Below, piece by piece: positions 9,638-19,499 of a stretch of DNA of 54,212 bases; within the stretch, counting starts at the first letter, position 1; every line of letters begins with the position of its first letter. Made by a program: the position numbers and the translations under genes. This DNA is from an uncultured virus (IMG/VR IMGVR_UViG_3300046691_000407) (taxonomy: Duplodnaviria; Heunggongvirae; Uroviricota; Caudoviricetes): IMG/VR virus record IMGVR_UViG_3300046691_000407. One strand, given 5' to 3'. The notes below the pieces were generated by a model. That model did no database searches, had not been told where the DNA came from, and saw nothing but the letters and a program-made list of their open reading frames with translations.

Positions 9638-10327
9638 TCAGAGATCGCAGGATTCAGAAGGGCCTGAAGCCAGTTCGCTGTCAAAGGTGTCATTCTCAGG
9701 GTTGCTCAACCCGATCGTCTTCAGCACGTTCCTTCGCTCCATGAGCTGCGGAATGATGACGTGGCGCATCCAGTTGCGCTCGTGGACGGTGTCGGCGTTG
9801 CTCTCGTCCTCGATCCATTCGACCCGGCGGTTCCGCGCCTGGCGCTCGATCTCGTCCTTCGGCACCAAGAGGAACGGCCGATAGCGGTCGCCGCTGCGCT
9901 TGTTCATCCGCAGGCTGTCGTGCGGGTAGCCGCGCATGAGCCGCATCAGGACAGTCTCCACCTGGTCGTTAGCGTGATGGGCGGTCACCAAGAGCTCTTC
10001 TTCGTGCTTCACGGAGGCGAAGAACGCATACCGCTGGTCGCGCGCCTCGGCCTCGAGCGACTTCGCCGCCCTCATCGCTTCGGGGTCGCCCTCTGCCGAA
10101 AGAAATGCGATGCCGTTGCGGCCGCACCATTCGCGCGCGAGCTGCTCCTCGTTGCCCGCCGTCGGCCTCAGACGATGGTTGAAATGGGCCACGCGGAAGG
10201 GCTGCCTGCAGTTCCTGTTGAAGAAGTCGAGCATGAACATCGAATCCAAGCCACCGCTCACGCAGAGCAGGTATCGCTCCGATGTCGTGTTGATCTCGTC
10301 GATGATATCGCGCCAGCGAACCTGCAT
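9638..10327 (-). CDS. tilS: tRNA(Ile)-lysidine synthetase TilS-like, catalytic PP-loop domain only
   Basis: SGGLDS PP-loop, HFNHRLR, EAEARDQRY, TAHHANDQVETVLMRLMRG, RPFL, EDESN, RNWMRH. Confidence 0.85.
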   Translation of the reverse strand: MQVRWRDIIDEINTTSERYLLCVSGGLDSMFMLDFFNRNCRQPFRVAHFNHRLRPTAGNEEQLAREWCGRNGIAFLSAEGDPEAMRAAKSLEAEARDQRYAFFASVKHEEELLVTAHHANDQVETVLMRLMRGYPHDSLRMNKRSGDRYRPFLLVPKDEIERQARNRRVEWIEDESNADTVHERNWMRHVIIPQLMERRNVLKTIGLSNPENDTFDSELASGPSESCDL

Positions 10328-10543
10328 GTGTCCTTGCTCCACTTGTCAGGGGATAAGAGCACCTTTGCGCGCAACTTTCCAGCCTAATTGTTGACAATGG
10401 AATTGGCCGGGTCTAGCGACACCCAGAAGCAAGGGGCATTATGTCCTGAAAAACGAACGGAGTTTCAATGGGCAGACGCGAGATCGGGTGCAGGCGCGCG
10501 CTGAGTTTAACGTTGGGAGCGTGTGATGGATGCCGTGGCATCC

Positions 10544-10981
10544 TTATTCTTGCCGATTGAACTTCCGGAGCAATCCTTTGAACTGGGTGAGCTCGGAATC
10601 GCTCCATCCGTCGGTGCGGGAGTAGAAGGCTCCGGCCTTCAACTCGATTGATGCCTCAACCCTGGAGATTCCGTCCACCGTCAACCGATAGATGGTCGAA
10701 CGCCGATCATTGGGATCGGTTGCCGATTCTGTCAGCCCCAGATCACATAGGGACTTCAACAGCCTGCTGACAGCGCTCTTGTCCATATCGAGCAGTTCCG
10801 AAAGCTGGCTGCCCTTTGCACTGCCTCTTGCCGACAAGATCATCGCAATCTGGTAGGCAGCCGGCTGAAGCTTAGGGTGAAACCGTTCTGCCGACGCCGT
10901 GGTGATGGCCCGTGAGGCAGCAAGCAGCGCGTTGAGCTCCAGGCCCAGCTCCTTGAGATGTTCGACACGCGCTTTGTCCAT
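10544..10981 (-). CDS. MarR family transcriptional regulator
   Basis: LSELLDMDKSAVSRLLKSL...DPNDRRS...LTVDG winged helix. Confidence 0.9.
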   Translation of the reverse strand: MDKARVEHLKELGLELNALLAASRAITTASAERFHPKLQPAAYQIAMILSARGSAKGSQLSELLDMDKSAVSRLLKSLCDLGLTESATDPNDRRSTIYRLTVDGISRVEASIELKAGAFYSRTDGWSDSELTQFKGLLRKFNRQE

Positions 10982-10997
10982 AAATACCTCGGCCCTA

Positions 10998-11051
10998 ATT
11001 TGGTTGATATAAAGCAACTAAAAGCGCATAGTTGATTTATATCAACCAAAT
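10998..11051. promoter_or_regulatory. Paired palindromic MarR operators
   Basis: ATTTGGTTGATATAAAGCAACTA and TAGTTGATTTATATCAACCAAAT form a 23-bp inverted repeat with one mismatch; each half is itself GTTG..CAAC palindromic; sits between divergent marR and SDR. Confidence 0.75.
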
Positions 11052-11063
11052 GCGGTCTTGCAA

Positions 11064-11933
11064 ATGCCTCAGCGTCCGAAAATTGTTATAACAGGTGCCA
11101 CCGACGGTATCGGCCAACTTGCAGCGATAGAGCTGGCGCGCCAGGGAGCATACCTCATCCTCACGGCCAGAAGCCGATCGAAGGCGGCAACCACGTGCGC
11201 GCTGATCGAGGCTGCCGCACCGGACGCGGCCATCGATGTGTACTACGCGGACTTCTCCGATCTTCGAGCGGTGGTCGCGGTCGGCAGAGCAATCGCCGCC
11301 CGGCATCCGCATATCGATGTGCTGATCAACAACGCTGGTCTGCACGCCTTCGAACAACGCATTACCAAAGACGGTTTTGCGGAGATGATTGCCGTGAACT
11401 ACTTCGCGCCATGGCTTCTGACAATGACACTGCGCGACACGCTGGTACAGTCGGCTCCTGCCCGCATCGTCACCGTTGCATCGGAGGCATCCCGTCAGAG
11501 CGGCAGTCTCGACATCAGCAAAGACCTTCTCGATACCGCCCCCTTTACCGCTCGAGGATCCTCCAGGATCTACGGCCGCACCAAGCTTCTCGACATCATG
11601 TTCTCGATGGAGCTGGCACGACAGCTTGAAGGCACTGGAGTGATCGTGAACTGCCTTGATCCGGGGTTCAATGTTACGAGCCTCGGACGTGAACTTGGGT
11701 TTTCAGGCCCCCTCGCGAAAGCTCTGAACTGGCTGAGGATCGGAAATCCTGCGAGAGGTGCAGGCATCATCGTGCGCCTCGCAACCGATCCGGAGCTCGG
11801 CGCGAACACTGGGCACTACGTCTCCAAAAACGCAAAGAGGCTCACTCCCATCGCGCCAGGGGACACCGAGGAGCTGCGTCGAAGTCTGTGGGAATTCACT
11901 GGAGACGTGACGAGCGCGTTCCTCGAGGGCTGA
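11064..11933 (+). CDS. Short-chain dehydrogenase/reductase
   Basis: TGATDGIG, INNAG, YGRTK (YxxxK), DPG. Confidence 0.92.
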   Translation: MPQRPKIVITGATDGIGQLAAIELARQGAYLILTARSRSKAATTCALIEAAAPDAAIDVYYADFSDLRAVVAVGRAIAARHPHIDVLINNAGLHAFEQRITKDGFAEMIAVNYFAPWLLTMTLRDTLVQSAPARIVTVASEASRQSGSLDISKDLLDTAPFTARGSSRIYGRTKLLDIMFSMELARQLEGTGVIVNCLDPGFNVTSLGRELGFSGPLAKALNWLRIGNPARGAGIIVRLATDPELGANTGHYVSKNAKRLTPIAPGDTEELRRSLWEFTGDVTSAFLEG

Positions 11934-12032
11934 AACGCCACGTTGACCTGCATGTCGCGATGGGGCAAATCGAATACGCTTGTACCGAAACGCCGCGGGG
12001 CACGCTCCATATGTGGCGACACACAGCTTAAT

Positions 12033-12191
12033 CTACTCCGGCCTTCCTGCCGATACCGGAACAAACCAGACGGGCGTCCATACCATGACGGGCACGATGC
12101 CGATCATGAAACCTTGCGGAAAACTCCACTTCCGCGCAGGCCTGCGGGATTCCCGGGGCTTCAGAAAGTCGATGACGTTGCTGCCGGCCAT
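12033..12191 (-). CDS. Small hypothetical protein (52 aa)
   Basis: AAGGAG RBS, MAGSNVIDFLKP with a hydrophobic tail. Confidence 0.35.
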   Translation of the reverse strand: MAGSNVIDFLKPRESRRPARKWSFPQGFMIGIVPVMVWTPVWFVPVSAGRPE

Positions 12192-12349
12192 GCCCTGCTC
12201 CTTTGCTTGATGCGCAAGTCCACGGCAATGGTGGCGTGTCGGCGCATTGAAACGAAGGAATGGCCGACCACTGGAAGCCGGGAATTCGAAATACTGTTCG
12301 GCTTCCGCGCGGCGCCCTAGCATGGACTGAAACATACATTGGAGGTGAC

Positions 12350-12712
12350 ATGGAAACCGTGACGTTGTGGAGACCCGTTGGCCCGAAGGAGCTGGATCTC
12401 CTCAAGCTCGCCGGCATGAAGGTCTTCCCTCCCCGCCTTCCGGATCAGCCGATCTTCTATCCCGTCACGACGGTCGAATACGCCCGCACCCTCGCGACCG
12501 CATGGAACCGGAAGCGCGATGGCGGAGGATTCGTGACGGAGTTCGCGGTCGACAAGTCCTATCTCGACGCCTTCGAACCGCAGGTCGCCGGCGGCCGCGG
12601 CTGCATGGAATACTGGATACCTGCCGAGGAGATCGGCGCGTTCAACGCCGCCATCGTGGGATTCATCGAGGTCATCGAGGAATATCCGGCGGAGATGCCG
12701 ACAGTCGCCTAG
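12350..12712 (+). CDS. Conserved small protein, possible ADP-ribosyltransferase fold
   Basis: GGAGG RBS; LWRPVGPKEL..FPPRLPDQPIFYPV..GFVTEF..EYWIPAEE. The ART fold is inferred from the R..FY..E pattern. Confidence 0.7.
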   Translation: METVTLWRPVGPKELDLLKLAGMKVFPPRLPDQPIFYPVTTVEYARTLATAWNRKRDGGGFVTEFAVDKSYLDAFEPQVAGGRGCMEYWIPAEEIGAFNAAIVGFIEVIEEYPAEMPTVA

Positions 12713-13572
12713 TGGATTAGTCTCCAGCAGGATGCGGGCGGACGGATAGGCGGGTACAGCGTTATAACCTCGCCCGCCTCCTCGGTTCGATCCTCCTGCT
12801 TGCGCTCGTGCAGCTTCACCTCGCGGCCGAAGGATGATGCTCTTTCCATGATCTCCCCGGTCAATTGCTCTGTGGTCATTCCGTTGGAGGCTTCGGGAAA
12901 CCTGAGCCACTCGGTTCGCGGTTGAGGAAGCTCGAAGTCGAGAGACAGAGCCAGGAAGTTTCGGAAGTCCTTCGGGTCGCCCATCATGTGGATGTCCTGA
13001 TAGCGGATCACGCGCAGTTCTGGCTTTCCCCATCCGTCGATGGATTTTTGCCACACGTAAATGTTCTTGGCGCCCAGTCCCCACGTCGCCCCGGAATCGG
13101 CACCGAACCATTCCATGGACACCGGAGTCCATCCACGTGTCCATAGGCTGACTGCGAGACAGACCTTGCATGAAACCTGCCGACTTGAGACGAACAGGAC
13201 GAGTGCGGTCGCCAGTGAGAAAAGACCAAGTGTCGCGATGCACGCGATCGATGCAGCACTTCTTCCTAGCGTCGAGAAGCCGAAATTTGAGTAGGCCAGC
13301 CACATTCCCCAGGCGTTGACCGGAATAAGGATGACTGCCGCGACCAAGGCTGCGAGTTGATAGATCGCGCTTGCGGCCTCTCGGCGGCCGAACTTGCTCT
13401 CCCACGATCCGGCGACGTAGCTTGCGCGCTGGGTTGCGTATATGTCGATGACATCGTCATGATCTCTTGCGGCGTCCTCGACGGCCTTCAGTCCGGCAAT
13501 CCGGTAGGTGCGAAAGAATTCCGCGGCCTTCTTGCCGAGAGATGAGATGATGGGGTCGCTCGTGGGCGTCAT
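12709..13572 (-). CDS. Hypothetical membrane protein
   Basis: Two hydrophobic segments; AAGGA RBS before MTPTSDP. Confidence 0.65.
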   Translation of the reverse strand: MTPTSDPIISSLGKKAAEFFRTYRIAGLKAVEDAARDHDDVIDIYATQRASYVAGSWESKFGRREAASAIYQLAALVAAVILIPVNAWGMWLAYSNFGFSTLGRSAASIACIATLGLFSLATALVLFVSSRQVSCKVCLAVSLWTRGWTPVSMEWFGADSGATWGLGAKNIYVWQKSIDGWGKPELRVIRYQDIHMMGDPKDFRNFLALSLDFELPQPRTEWLRFPEASNGMTTEQLTGEIMERASSFGREVKLHERKQEDRTEEAGEVITLYPPIRPPASCWRLIH

Positions 13573-13720
13573 GGAATTTCCTTGCTGCAAATCCAATTGG
13601 AATGATCCTCTCCCTTCGAGACGCTGACAAGCAGCAAGCGGGACAGATGCCACTCTCCCGGCAAGGATTCAGTTGTGCCATGTCGCGGCCGTGGCGAACA
13701 TCGGGCTGGAGGTACAAGGC

Positions 13721-14188
13721 ATGGACACGATCAGGCTCTATCACGGCACAACGAAGCGCTTCTCAGAATTCGCCACGAAGGGCGTGACGCCAAGGTTCGA
13801 CACCGGCGCTTACATCCTCGGGCACTATCTCACGGAATCGGAAAGCCATGTCATGGCCTACGCCCGCGGCCGCTGGGGCAAGGTCTATATCGTCGATGCG
13901 TCGTTCGAGGCCATGAAGACGGTGCCGCCGAGGCCTTCCGGCATCAGCGAGATCGACCGCATGCAGCTCGATTTCACTGAAGAGGACTTCGCCGAATACC
14001 GCAACGATCTCGTCGCCCAGGGCTATGACAGCGTCTGCTTCGAGACGGTCGACGGCTTCAACGAGTATGTCTTCCTCCATGCCGACCAGTCCGCATCGTG
14101 GAGTGCGTTCCAGCCGAGGAGTTCAAGGGGATCGAGCAGCCCGCGCTTGCGCTGTAAGACGGCATCGTACCGCAGCGATCCAAGCTAG
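13721..14188 (+). CDS. ADP-ribosyltransferase-like (ART-PolyVal type) protein with probable frameshift near 14090
   Basis: LYHGTTKRFSEF..GHYLT..AYA..GYDSV..EYVF. The alternative frame continues RIVECVPAEEFKGIEQPALAL to a stop at 14157. Confidence 0.6.
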   Translation: MDTIRLYHGTTKRFSEFATKGVTPRFDTGAYILGHYLTESESHVMAYARGRWGKVYIVDASFEAMKTVPPRPSGISEIDRMQLDFTEEDFAEYRNDLVAQGYDSVCFETVDGFNEYVFLHADQSASWSAFQPRSSRGSSSPRLRCKTASYRSDPS

Positions 14189-14274
14189 CAGTCCCTTGAA
14201 GGATTCGACGCAATAATTGTTGACATTATCTCGACGGATGATAATGTGACGGCAACGAACGGATGGAGACGGAC

Positions 14275-14439
14275 ATGGCCGACGCTGCAACGATTGAAGC
14301 CCGCAAGAAGAAGATGGCTGCCAACGGTGCCATCATGGACAAGCGCTGGGAGAAGCTCCAGGCCGATCGCGCCGACCTTTTCGTCAAGACCATCGACAGC
14401 GCCGTGGTCGTCTCCAAACATCCCGTGCAACAAGACTGA
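14275..14439 (+). CDS. Small protein (54 aa), candidate antitoxin
   Basis: Not in the track; GGAGA RBS, MADAATIEARKKKMAANGAIMDKRWEKLQ..., downstream of a TTGACA promoter at 14220. Confidence 0.6.
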   Translation: MADAATIEARKKKMAANGAIMDKRWEKLQADRADLFVKTIDSAVVVSKHPVQQD

Positions 14440-14531
14440 TCTCTGTTGCTGGAGATATCGGCGATCCGCATCGCAATCGACGCTTCTTCCTTGCCGCCGC
14501 ATTCAGCAGAATCCGGGGCGAGGGAGCGCCC

Positions 14532-15560
14532 ATGTCCAACATCAAGTTCTACGCAACGACAGATCTCTACTGGAAGACGCTAGAAAATTATGCGGGGCAT
14601 CCGCTTTTTCCGACGATACGGCGGAAGATCGACGAGTGCGCCCAGCGGAAGCTCCATAATCCCACCTTCAGAAACGCGCGGGACAAGCCATTCGACGCCG
14701 ATCCCAAACTTGCCGGACTGTGGCACTGCAAGCTTTCTGAAGAATTGGACGCGGTTCTGTTCTACCGGATCCACGGTGACACGCTTTTCCTCACGATGGT
14801 GGGCTCGCACCACGATTATCCTGCTGACGGCAAGAATGCCTCAAAGGGGGCTTCGCTGGCGGAAAAGAACCGCAACGCCGTGGCCGCAGGGCACGTCGAT
14901 CATCCGGGCCGCAAGATACTGAGATGGGCGCGCCCGAAGGATCTTGTCGGGAATCCGTTGCTCGATGAGATCGATATCGACATCCTGGTCTCGATCAGAG
15001 ACACGCTCCGCGAGGAGAACGACGAAGCCTCGATATTCGAACGGCTGTTCGACCGGGACATCATGGATGCCAGCGAGGAGGTTTTCGACGAGTGGATGCG
15101 GGAGGTGCTTGTCGCCCAGATCGAGGTGGAGCGGGCAATTCGCCGGGTTCAAATGGGTTCCATCAGTCGCCGCGACCGCAGGGAGATTAGTTCGCTTGCG
15201 CCTGAATTTGAGGTCGATCCCGAGGATGTCATTCGCCGGGATGGAGACGGTTTCACCATCGAACTCCTCGTCGACGCGGTCAGAAATGGACTGGAAGTGC
15301 ATGCGCGAACATCACGCCTTGACCGCTCGCAAGCCCAGATCGTGGATGACTTCGAATCCGATCCCGCTGAGAATGCTCAGCGGTTGCTGGTGCTTGCACG
15401 GAAGCTTTGTGTGGAGCTCTTCAAGAAATCCCACGATGCCGACAAGGCAGCCTATGAGATCGAGAGGCTCCTGATCATCGGCGAGGTCGTTTTGAGCGAT
15501 CCTGATTGCACGGAAATGCAGAACTATGCCTCATCGCGGTCAACGGGATATCGCCGCTAG
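14532..15560 (+). CDS. YafQ/RelE-like RNase domain fused to an unknown C-terminal region
   Basis: RDKPF..KLAGLWHCKL..DAVLFYRIHGDTLFLTMVGSHHDY matches the YafQ C-terminal pattern. Confidence 0.6.
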   Translation: MSNIKFYATTDLYWKTLENYAGHPLFPTIRRKIDECAQRKLHNPTFRNARDKPFDADPKLAGLWHCKLSEELDAVLFYRIHGDTLFLTMVGSHHDYPADGKNASKGASLAEKNRNAVAAGHVDHPGRKILRWARPKDLVGNPLLDEIDIDILVSIRDTLREENDEASIFERLFDRDIMDASEEVFDEWMREVLVAQIEVERAIRRVQMGSISRRDRREISSLAPEFEVDPEDVIRRDGDGFTIELLVDAVRNGLEVHARTSRLDRSQAQIVDDFESDPAENAQRLLVLARKLCVELFKKSHDADKAAYEIERLLIIGEVVLSDPDCTEMQNYASSRSTGYRR

Positions 15561-16288
15561 TCGGTTTCCACAACGACTGCGCCTTTAACCACCAAGGTTC
15601 GCGTGAGATCAATGGGAGAGCTGTGTCCCAGCCGGTTGGCTAGCCTTGCCGATTGGTGCCCGAAGCCGGGATAGTTGATCGGCGCGTCCGAGAAGTCGGA
15701 AGGCTCCAGCGTGCGACCGATACGCTCCTCCAGGCAGCCAATGCACAGCATGCTTTCCGTCTCGTCGGTCGTGGCCTTGGCCCAAACCTCGTCATGGACG
15801 TGATAGTATTCCTTCAGGAGCGATGTATGTTGCCCGCAGTCGACGCAGACACCGTCGTCGTCCTCCCCTGCCACGAGCGCGATCCGATGGGCGAGGCGAT
15901 GGTCGGCGACCGCTCCGCCGCCCCGCTTCCGGTGGAAGTGCCGGACGACTTCAAGCTTGTATCTGTTGTCCTCGGCGATGGTCAGCGAGATCCAGCCGAT
16001 AGCTTCCGAGCCTTCCTCCTCTTGCGACTTCCTGAAAATTACCCAGCTAAGTGTCACAAGACCTTCGTCCGAGATGGCAACGCCGGCATCGACCGTGGGA
16101 TTCTGGGCGTAGTAGATTTCGAGGAACCGGGCCGCATGCCTCTTCGAGCGCGGGTTCATCTTCGTCGTCGCCGCGTCCTTCCGGCGGGCGGCGCGCGTGG
16201 AGCCGGAGGAGAGCTGATGCAGGCGGGCAAGAACGTCGTCCAGTCCCTTGAGAACGGTTGGCTTTTCATTCATTTCAATCACCTGCAT
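15557..16288 (-). CDS. Hypothetical protein with C-terminal Cys4 zinc-binding motif
   Basis: CVDC..VHDEVW..LCIGCLEERIGRTL. Confidence 0.7.
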   Translation of the reverse strand: MQVIEMNEKPTVLKGLDDVLARLHQLSSGSTRAARRKDAATTKMNPRSKRHAARFLEIYYAQNPTVDAGVAISDEGLVTLSWVIFRKSQEEEGSEAIGWISLTIAEDNRYKLEVVRHFHRKRGGGAVADHRLAHRIALVAGEDDDGVCVDCGQHTSLLKEYYHVHDEVWAKATTDETESMLCIGCLEERIGRTLEPSDFSDAPINYPGFGHQSARLANRLGHSSPIDLTRTLVVKGAVVVETD

Positions 16289-17204
16289 GCATGTTGGCGG
16301 GAGCGGATGTGGCCTGCCCCGCGTTCACTCTTTTGATAAGTAGCTTGAGCTCCCGGTAGGAGTCGAGGCGCATCGATTGGAAGCGCTTCCGGATTCCGGG
16401 GCGTGAATCGTTGCCGTCCCATTTGAGGCTCCATACGATGGTGCCGTCGGCCCGGCGACGCGCGTCGGCGACATGCCGCATGCTGCGGCCGGGACCGAGA
16501 TCAACCTGCACCACCGCCCTCGCCCACGCCGGGTCGCCGGCAAGTTGGACCCTGGCATTCAGTCCCGCATCCTTCATCGACCGCAGCACGTTGGGCACGG
16601 AGCGTAGGTCTTCCGTTGCCTCGGGAGGAAGAGGGAACTTTCTGCGGCGGACAACCGGATCGGGATCGAAATCCTGCTCGCGCGGACGGGCCAGCAAGGA
16701 TGGGGAAGCGACATCGGACATCCAGAGATCGGCGAGTTCCGGCGGGCTGTTGGACTTCAGGGAATGCCTTCCCGCCGACAGCATCCACTGCCGCTTTGCG
16801 CGGGCGAGCGAGATGCGGTCGGCAATGTCGGCGAACTGGCGCTCGAGCTGGTCGCGCCTCTGCCCTTCGGCGGCGGCTACAGCCTTGGCGAGGACGGACA
16901 GGCGGTACTCGTAGTCCTCGCGCGTGACGGGTTCGCGTCCCGGATGGCGCACGCCGCGCAGGCGGTCGTACCGGTCCTCGAGGACGGTCTCCCGGCTCTT
17001 CACGATCTCGAGGGATTTCACATCGTCGTCGGTGAACGGGCCGAGCACCTTGTTGAGGACCATGGATACGGGATTCTTGATGGAAACGAAGTGCATGCGG
17101 GCCTGGGTGAGATAGGATCCCGTAAACGTCTCGCCATCCTTGGTGACGATCGAGACGACATCCTGTTCCCGGCAGTCCTCGAAGCTTGTCGGCTTCATGC
17201 TCAT
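16275..17204 (-). CDS. Hypothetical protein
   Basis: 309-aa ORF, GGAG RBS, upstream TTGACA motif at 17252. Confidence 0.75.
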   Translation of the reverse strand: MSMKPTSFEDCREQDVVSIVTKDGETFTGSYLTQARMHFVSIKNPVSMVLNKVLGPFTDDDVKSLEIVKSRETVLEDRYDRLRGVRHPGREPVTREDYEYRLSVLAKAVAAAEGQRRDQLERQFADIADRISLARAKRQWMLSAGRHSLKSNSPPELADLWMSDVASPSLLARPREQDFDPDPVVRRRKFPLPPEATEDLRSVPNVLRSMKDAGLNARVQLAGDPAWARAVVQVDLGPGRSMRHVADARRRADGTIVWSLKWDGNDSRPGIRKRFQSMRLDSYRELKLLIKRVNAGQATSAPANMHAGD

Positions 17205-17345
17205 CGCTACTCCATTCCTTGCTGACCGAACATCTATTCGAGATCAGACCTATTGTCAACAATTGTGACGAATCCTTCGGCGGCTGCGTTGACCATCTCA
17301 TTTCCGTGCGATACGCCTGTCTCCAGAAAACGTGCGGAGATTTCC

Positions 17346-17879
17346 ATGGGAAGAGTTGTCAGAAGAGTGGCCAAGGATTGGATGCATCCGGTGTACACGC
17401 GCGAGAATGCTCCGTATCCCTCCATGGTCGGCCGGCATGTCGCGCTGTTCGATGGTTTTGATCCCGATGAGCAGGCCGAGTGGGATGAAGGTGCACGCAA
17501 GTGGGCCGATGGGCTGCGGCCGGAGAAGGGTGAATGGATACCTCTTGAGGAGGCACCGCTCCAATACCGCGGGAAGGACGACACATGGGAGGAATGGACG
17601 GGCAAGCGGCCCGATCCTGCAGACTACATGCCCTCGTGGAGCGAGGAGGAACTCACGCACATCATGATGTACGAGACGACCACCGAGGGAACTCCGATCT
17701 CGCCCGCCTTCGAGACGGGTCGCGAACTCGCCCGTTGGCTGGCCGACAACGATGCAAGCTGCTTTGGCCACAACACTGCATCGTACGAGACATGGCTTGG
17801 CTGGATCCGAGAAGACGGGATCGTGGATCCCGAAGAACACGCCGAGGATGAAGCCGACAAGCCGATCTGGTCGGTCTGA
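17346..17879 (+). CDS. Hypothetical phage/plasmid-type protein
   Basis: GGAGA RBS; MGRVVRRV..MYETTTEGTPISPAFET..LARWL; ends EDEADKPIWSV. Confidence 0.8.
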   Translation: MGRVVRRVAKDWMHPVYTRENAPYPSMVGRHVALFDGFDPDEQAEWDEGARKWADGLRPEKGEWIPLEEAPLQYRGKDDTWEEWTGKRPDPADYMPSWSEEELTHIMMYETTTEGTPISPAFETGRELARWLADNDASCFGHNTASYETWLGWIREDGIVDPEEHAEDEADKPIWSV

Positions 17880-17940
17880 AGCGCGGCGAAATGCTTGCCA
17901 GGAAAACAATGGATGAGACATCCGGAAGAAGGCACGACAC

Positions 17941-18627
17941 ATGACATATGAGCAGTTCGAGTTCGGGGAATTCGTTGCGCGGGTGCGAAGCCGGGCGGAG
18001 GATGTCATCGATCCCGAGATGACCCTCGCCGAAATGGACGCGGCCCTGCGCGGACTGGCGACCACGATCATCGAAGAATATGACAGCGCAGCCTTCCTGC
18101 TGCATCTGTACCCGCCCCTGGCGAGAATCACGGTTGACCTCAAGGACTTCCGCTACTCGCCCGCCTCAGCGGAGGACCTTCTGTCGGAGATCGGAGTCCA
18201 GTCGCTGGTCGAGACGATGGAGCCGGTGCGCAAGGCAAATCTGATCCTGTTCTTCGAGGACGGAATTTCGGCTGCGACCGAGCGTCTGTTCGACTTTGCG
18301 ATCAAGGCTCATCCGCACGCCCGCGGCGTGATCTCGGCGGCCAATGCGGAGCTCCTCGGCCTTCGCCTTGCGGAGATCGGCAGCGGCGAGATCACGCCTT
18401 CCGATCTGGCAAACACAATCATGAACTGCGAGAGGGCGCTGAGGCTCCTTTCGATCCCGCCGGGAGGCAGGGTTGCCGATGCGCTTGGAGGCCGGGATGC
18501 GATCCTTGCCCAGAAGGACGTTGCCGAGAAGCTCATCACCCTGAGGGCGGGGAATGTCGACGGCTTCTACAGCGACTTCCTCGACGAGGTGGCCGGCCGC
18601 GATGAAAGCCGGATGCCATCGCGCTAA
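17941..18627 (+). CDS. Hypothetical protein
   Basis: 228-aa ATG ORF. Confidence 0.7.
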   Translation: MTYEQFEFGEFVARVRSRAEDVIDPEMTLAEMDAALRGLATTIIEEYDSAAFLLHLYPPLARITVDLKDFRYSPASAEDLLSEIGVQSLVETMEPVRKANLILFFEDGISAATERLFDFAIKAHPHARGVISAANAELLGLRLAEIGSGEITPSDLANTIMNCERALRLLSIPPGGRVADALGGRDAILAQKDVAEKLITLRAGNVDGFYSDFLDEVAGRDESRMPSR

Positions 18628-18713
18628 GTATCTCCAGACTGGCTGCCCAACCTCCGACCTGGATCGTTGCTGACTGCAGGTGTGGGGAGAGATGGCGCCG
18701 CACCTGTTCGCCA

Positions 18714-18920
18714 CTACTGGGTGTCGTACTTCGGCAATCCGTTCTCGCGCTTGCGCGTCAGGACGAACCTGTAGGCCTCGTTGAAGTCGACGCGGAGGCT
18801 GAAGACCTCATGGTACATCGCCTGCAGTATGCGCGCCGCATTCTCGGCCGAGAAGACGTCGATCTTGTCGATGCTTTCGACGGCTGCAAAATGCAGGACC
18901 TGCTCGGTGCTAAGCCTCAT
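18714..18920 (-). CDS. Hypothetical protein
   Basis: Start overlaps the end of the upstream gene. Confidence 0.55.
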   Translation of the reverse strand: MRLSTEQVLHFAAVESIDKIDVFSAENAARILQAMYHEVFSLRVDFNEAYRFVLTRKRENGLPKYDTQ

Positions 18921-19332
18921 CGGCGGCATCCTCGATCTCCTGCAGGCGGTCGTGCTCCTCCTCCATCAGCAGGATCGATGCAAGGCATTCCCCGAGGCAC
19001 TCGGCGGCGAGATCGGGCGTGACGAGGACGTTCGAGCTGCACCCCCTGCCCATGTGCTTGTACCAGGAGATCCTGATTTCCTTCCAAGAGAAATTGTAGG
19101 GCTGCCTCTCGTCGCCCCAGCTATAGGCGGCGGCATGGAACACGTCGTTGCGGAACTCGTTCCCGGTGTTGGAGAACGGGCTGCGGTAGTCCTCCTGATT
19201 GATGTTCCACATCACCCGGGATAGCTCGTCGGAGACCATGCCCAGCGCCGCCAGCATGATGTCGGGCACCGCATATTCCATGTGGGGCTGCCCGAAGGCC
19301 GCCTGTCCTAGTTCGGGGACGAATTGTGTCAT
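18910..19332 (-). CDS. Hypothetical protein
   Basis: MTQFVPELGQ..YNFSWKEIRISWYKHMGR; TTGACA/CATAAT promoter upstream. Confidence 0.75.
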   Translation of the reverse strand: MTQFVPELGQAAFGQPHMEYAVPDIMLAALGMVSDELSRVMWNINQEDYRSPFSNTGNEFRNDVFHAAAYSWGDERQPYNFSWKEIRISWYKHMGRGCSSNVLVTPDLAAECLGECLASILLMEEEHDRLQEIEDAADEA

Positions 19333-19499
19333 TGAGTTCCGCCTTATGTCCTGCTGCACCGATTATGAGGTTCAAGGATCTATTGTCAACATTATTGCGA
19401 ATCCTTGAGGCAGGCTTCTTGACCCACGCATCGCCGGGGCCTAAGAAAGCACCAGTTGACCGCTACGCTGCGGAATGCGGCCAGCAAGGAGATCATGCG

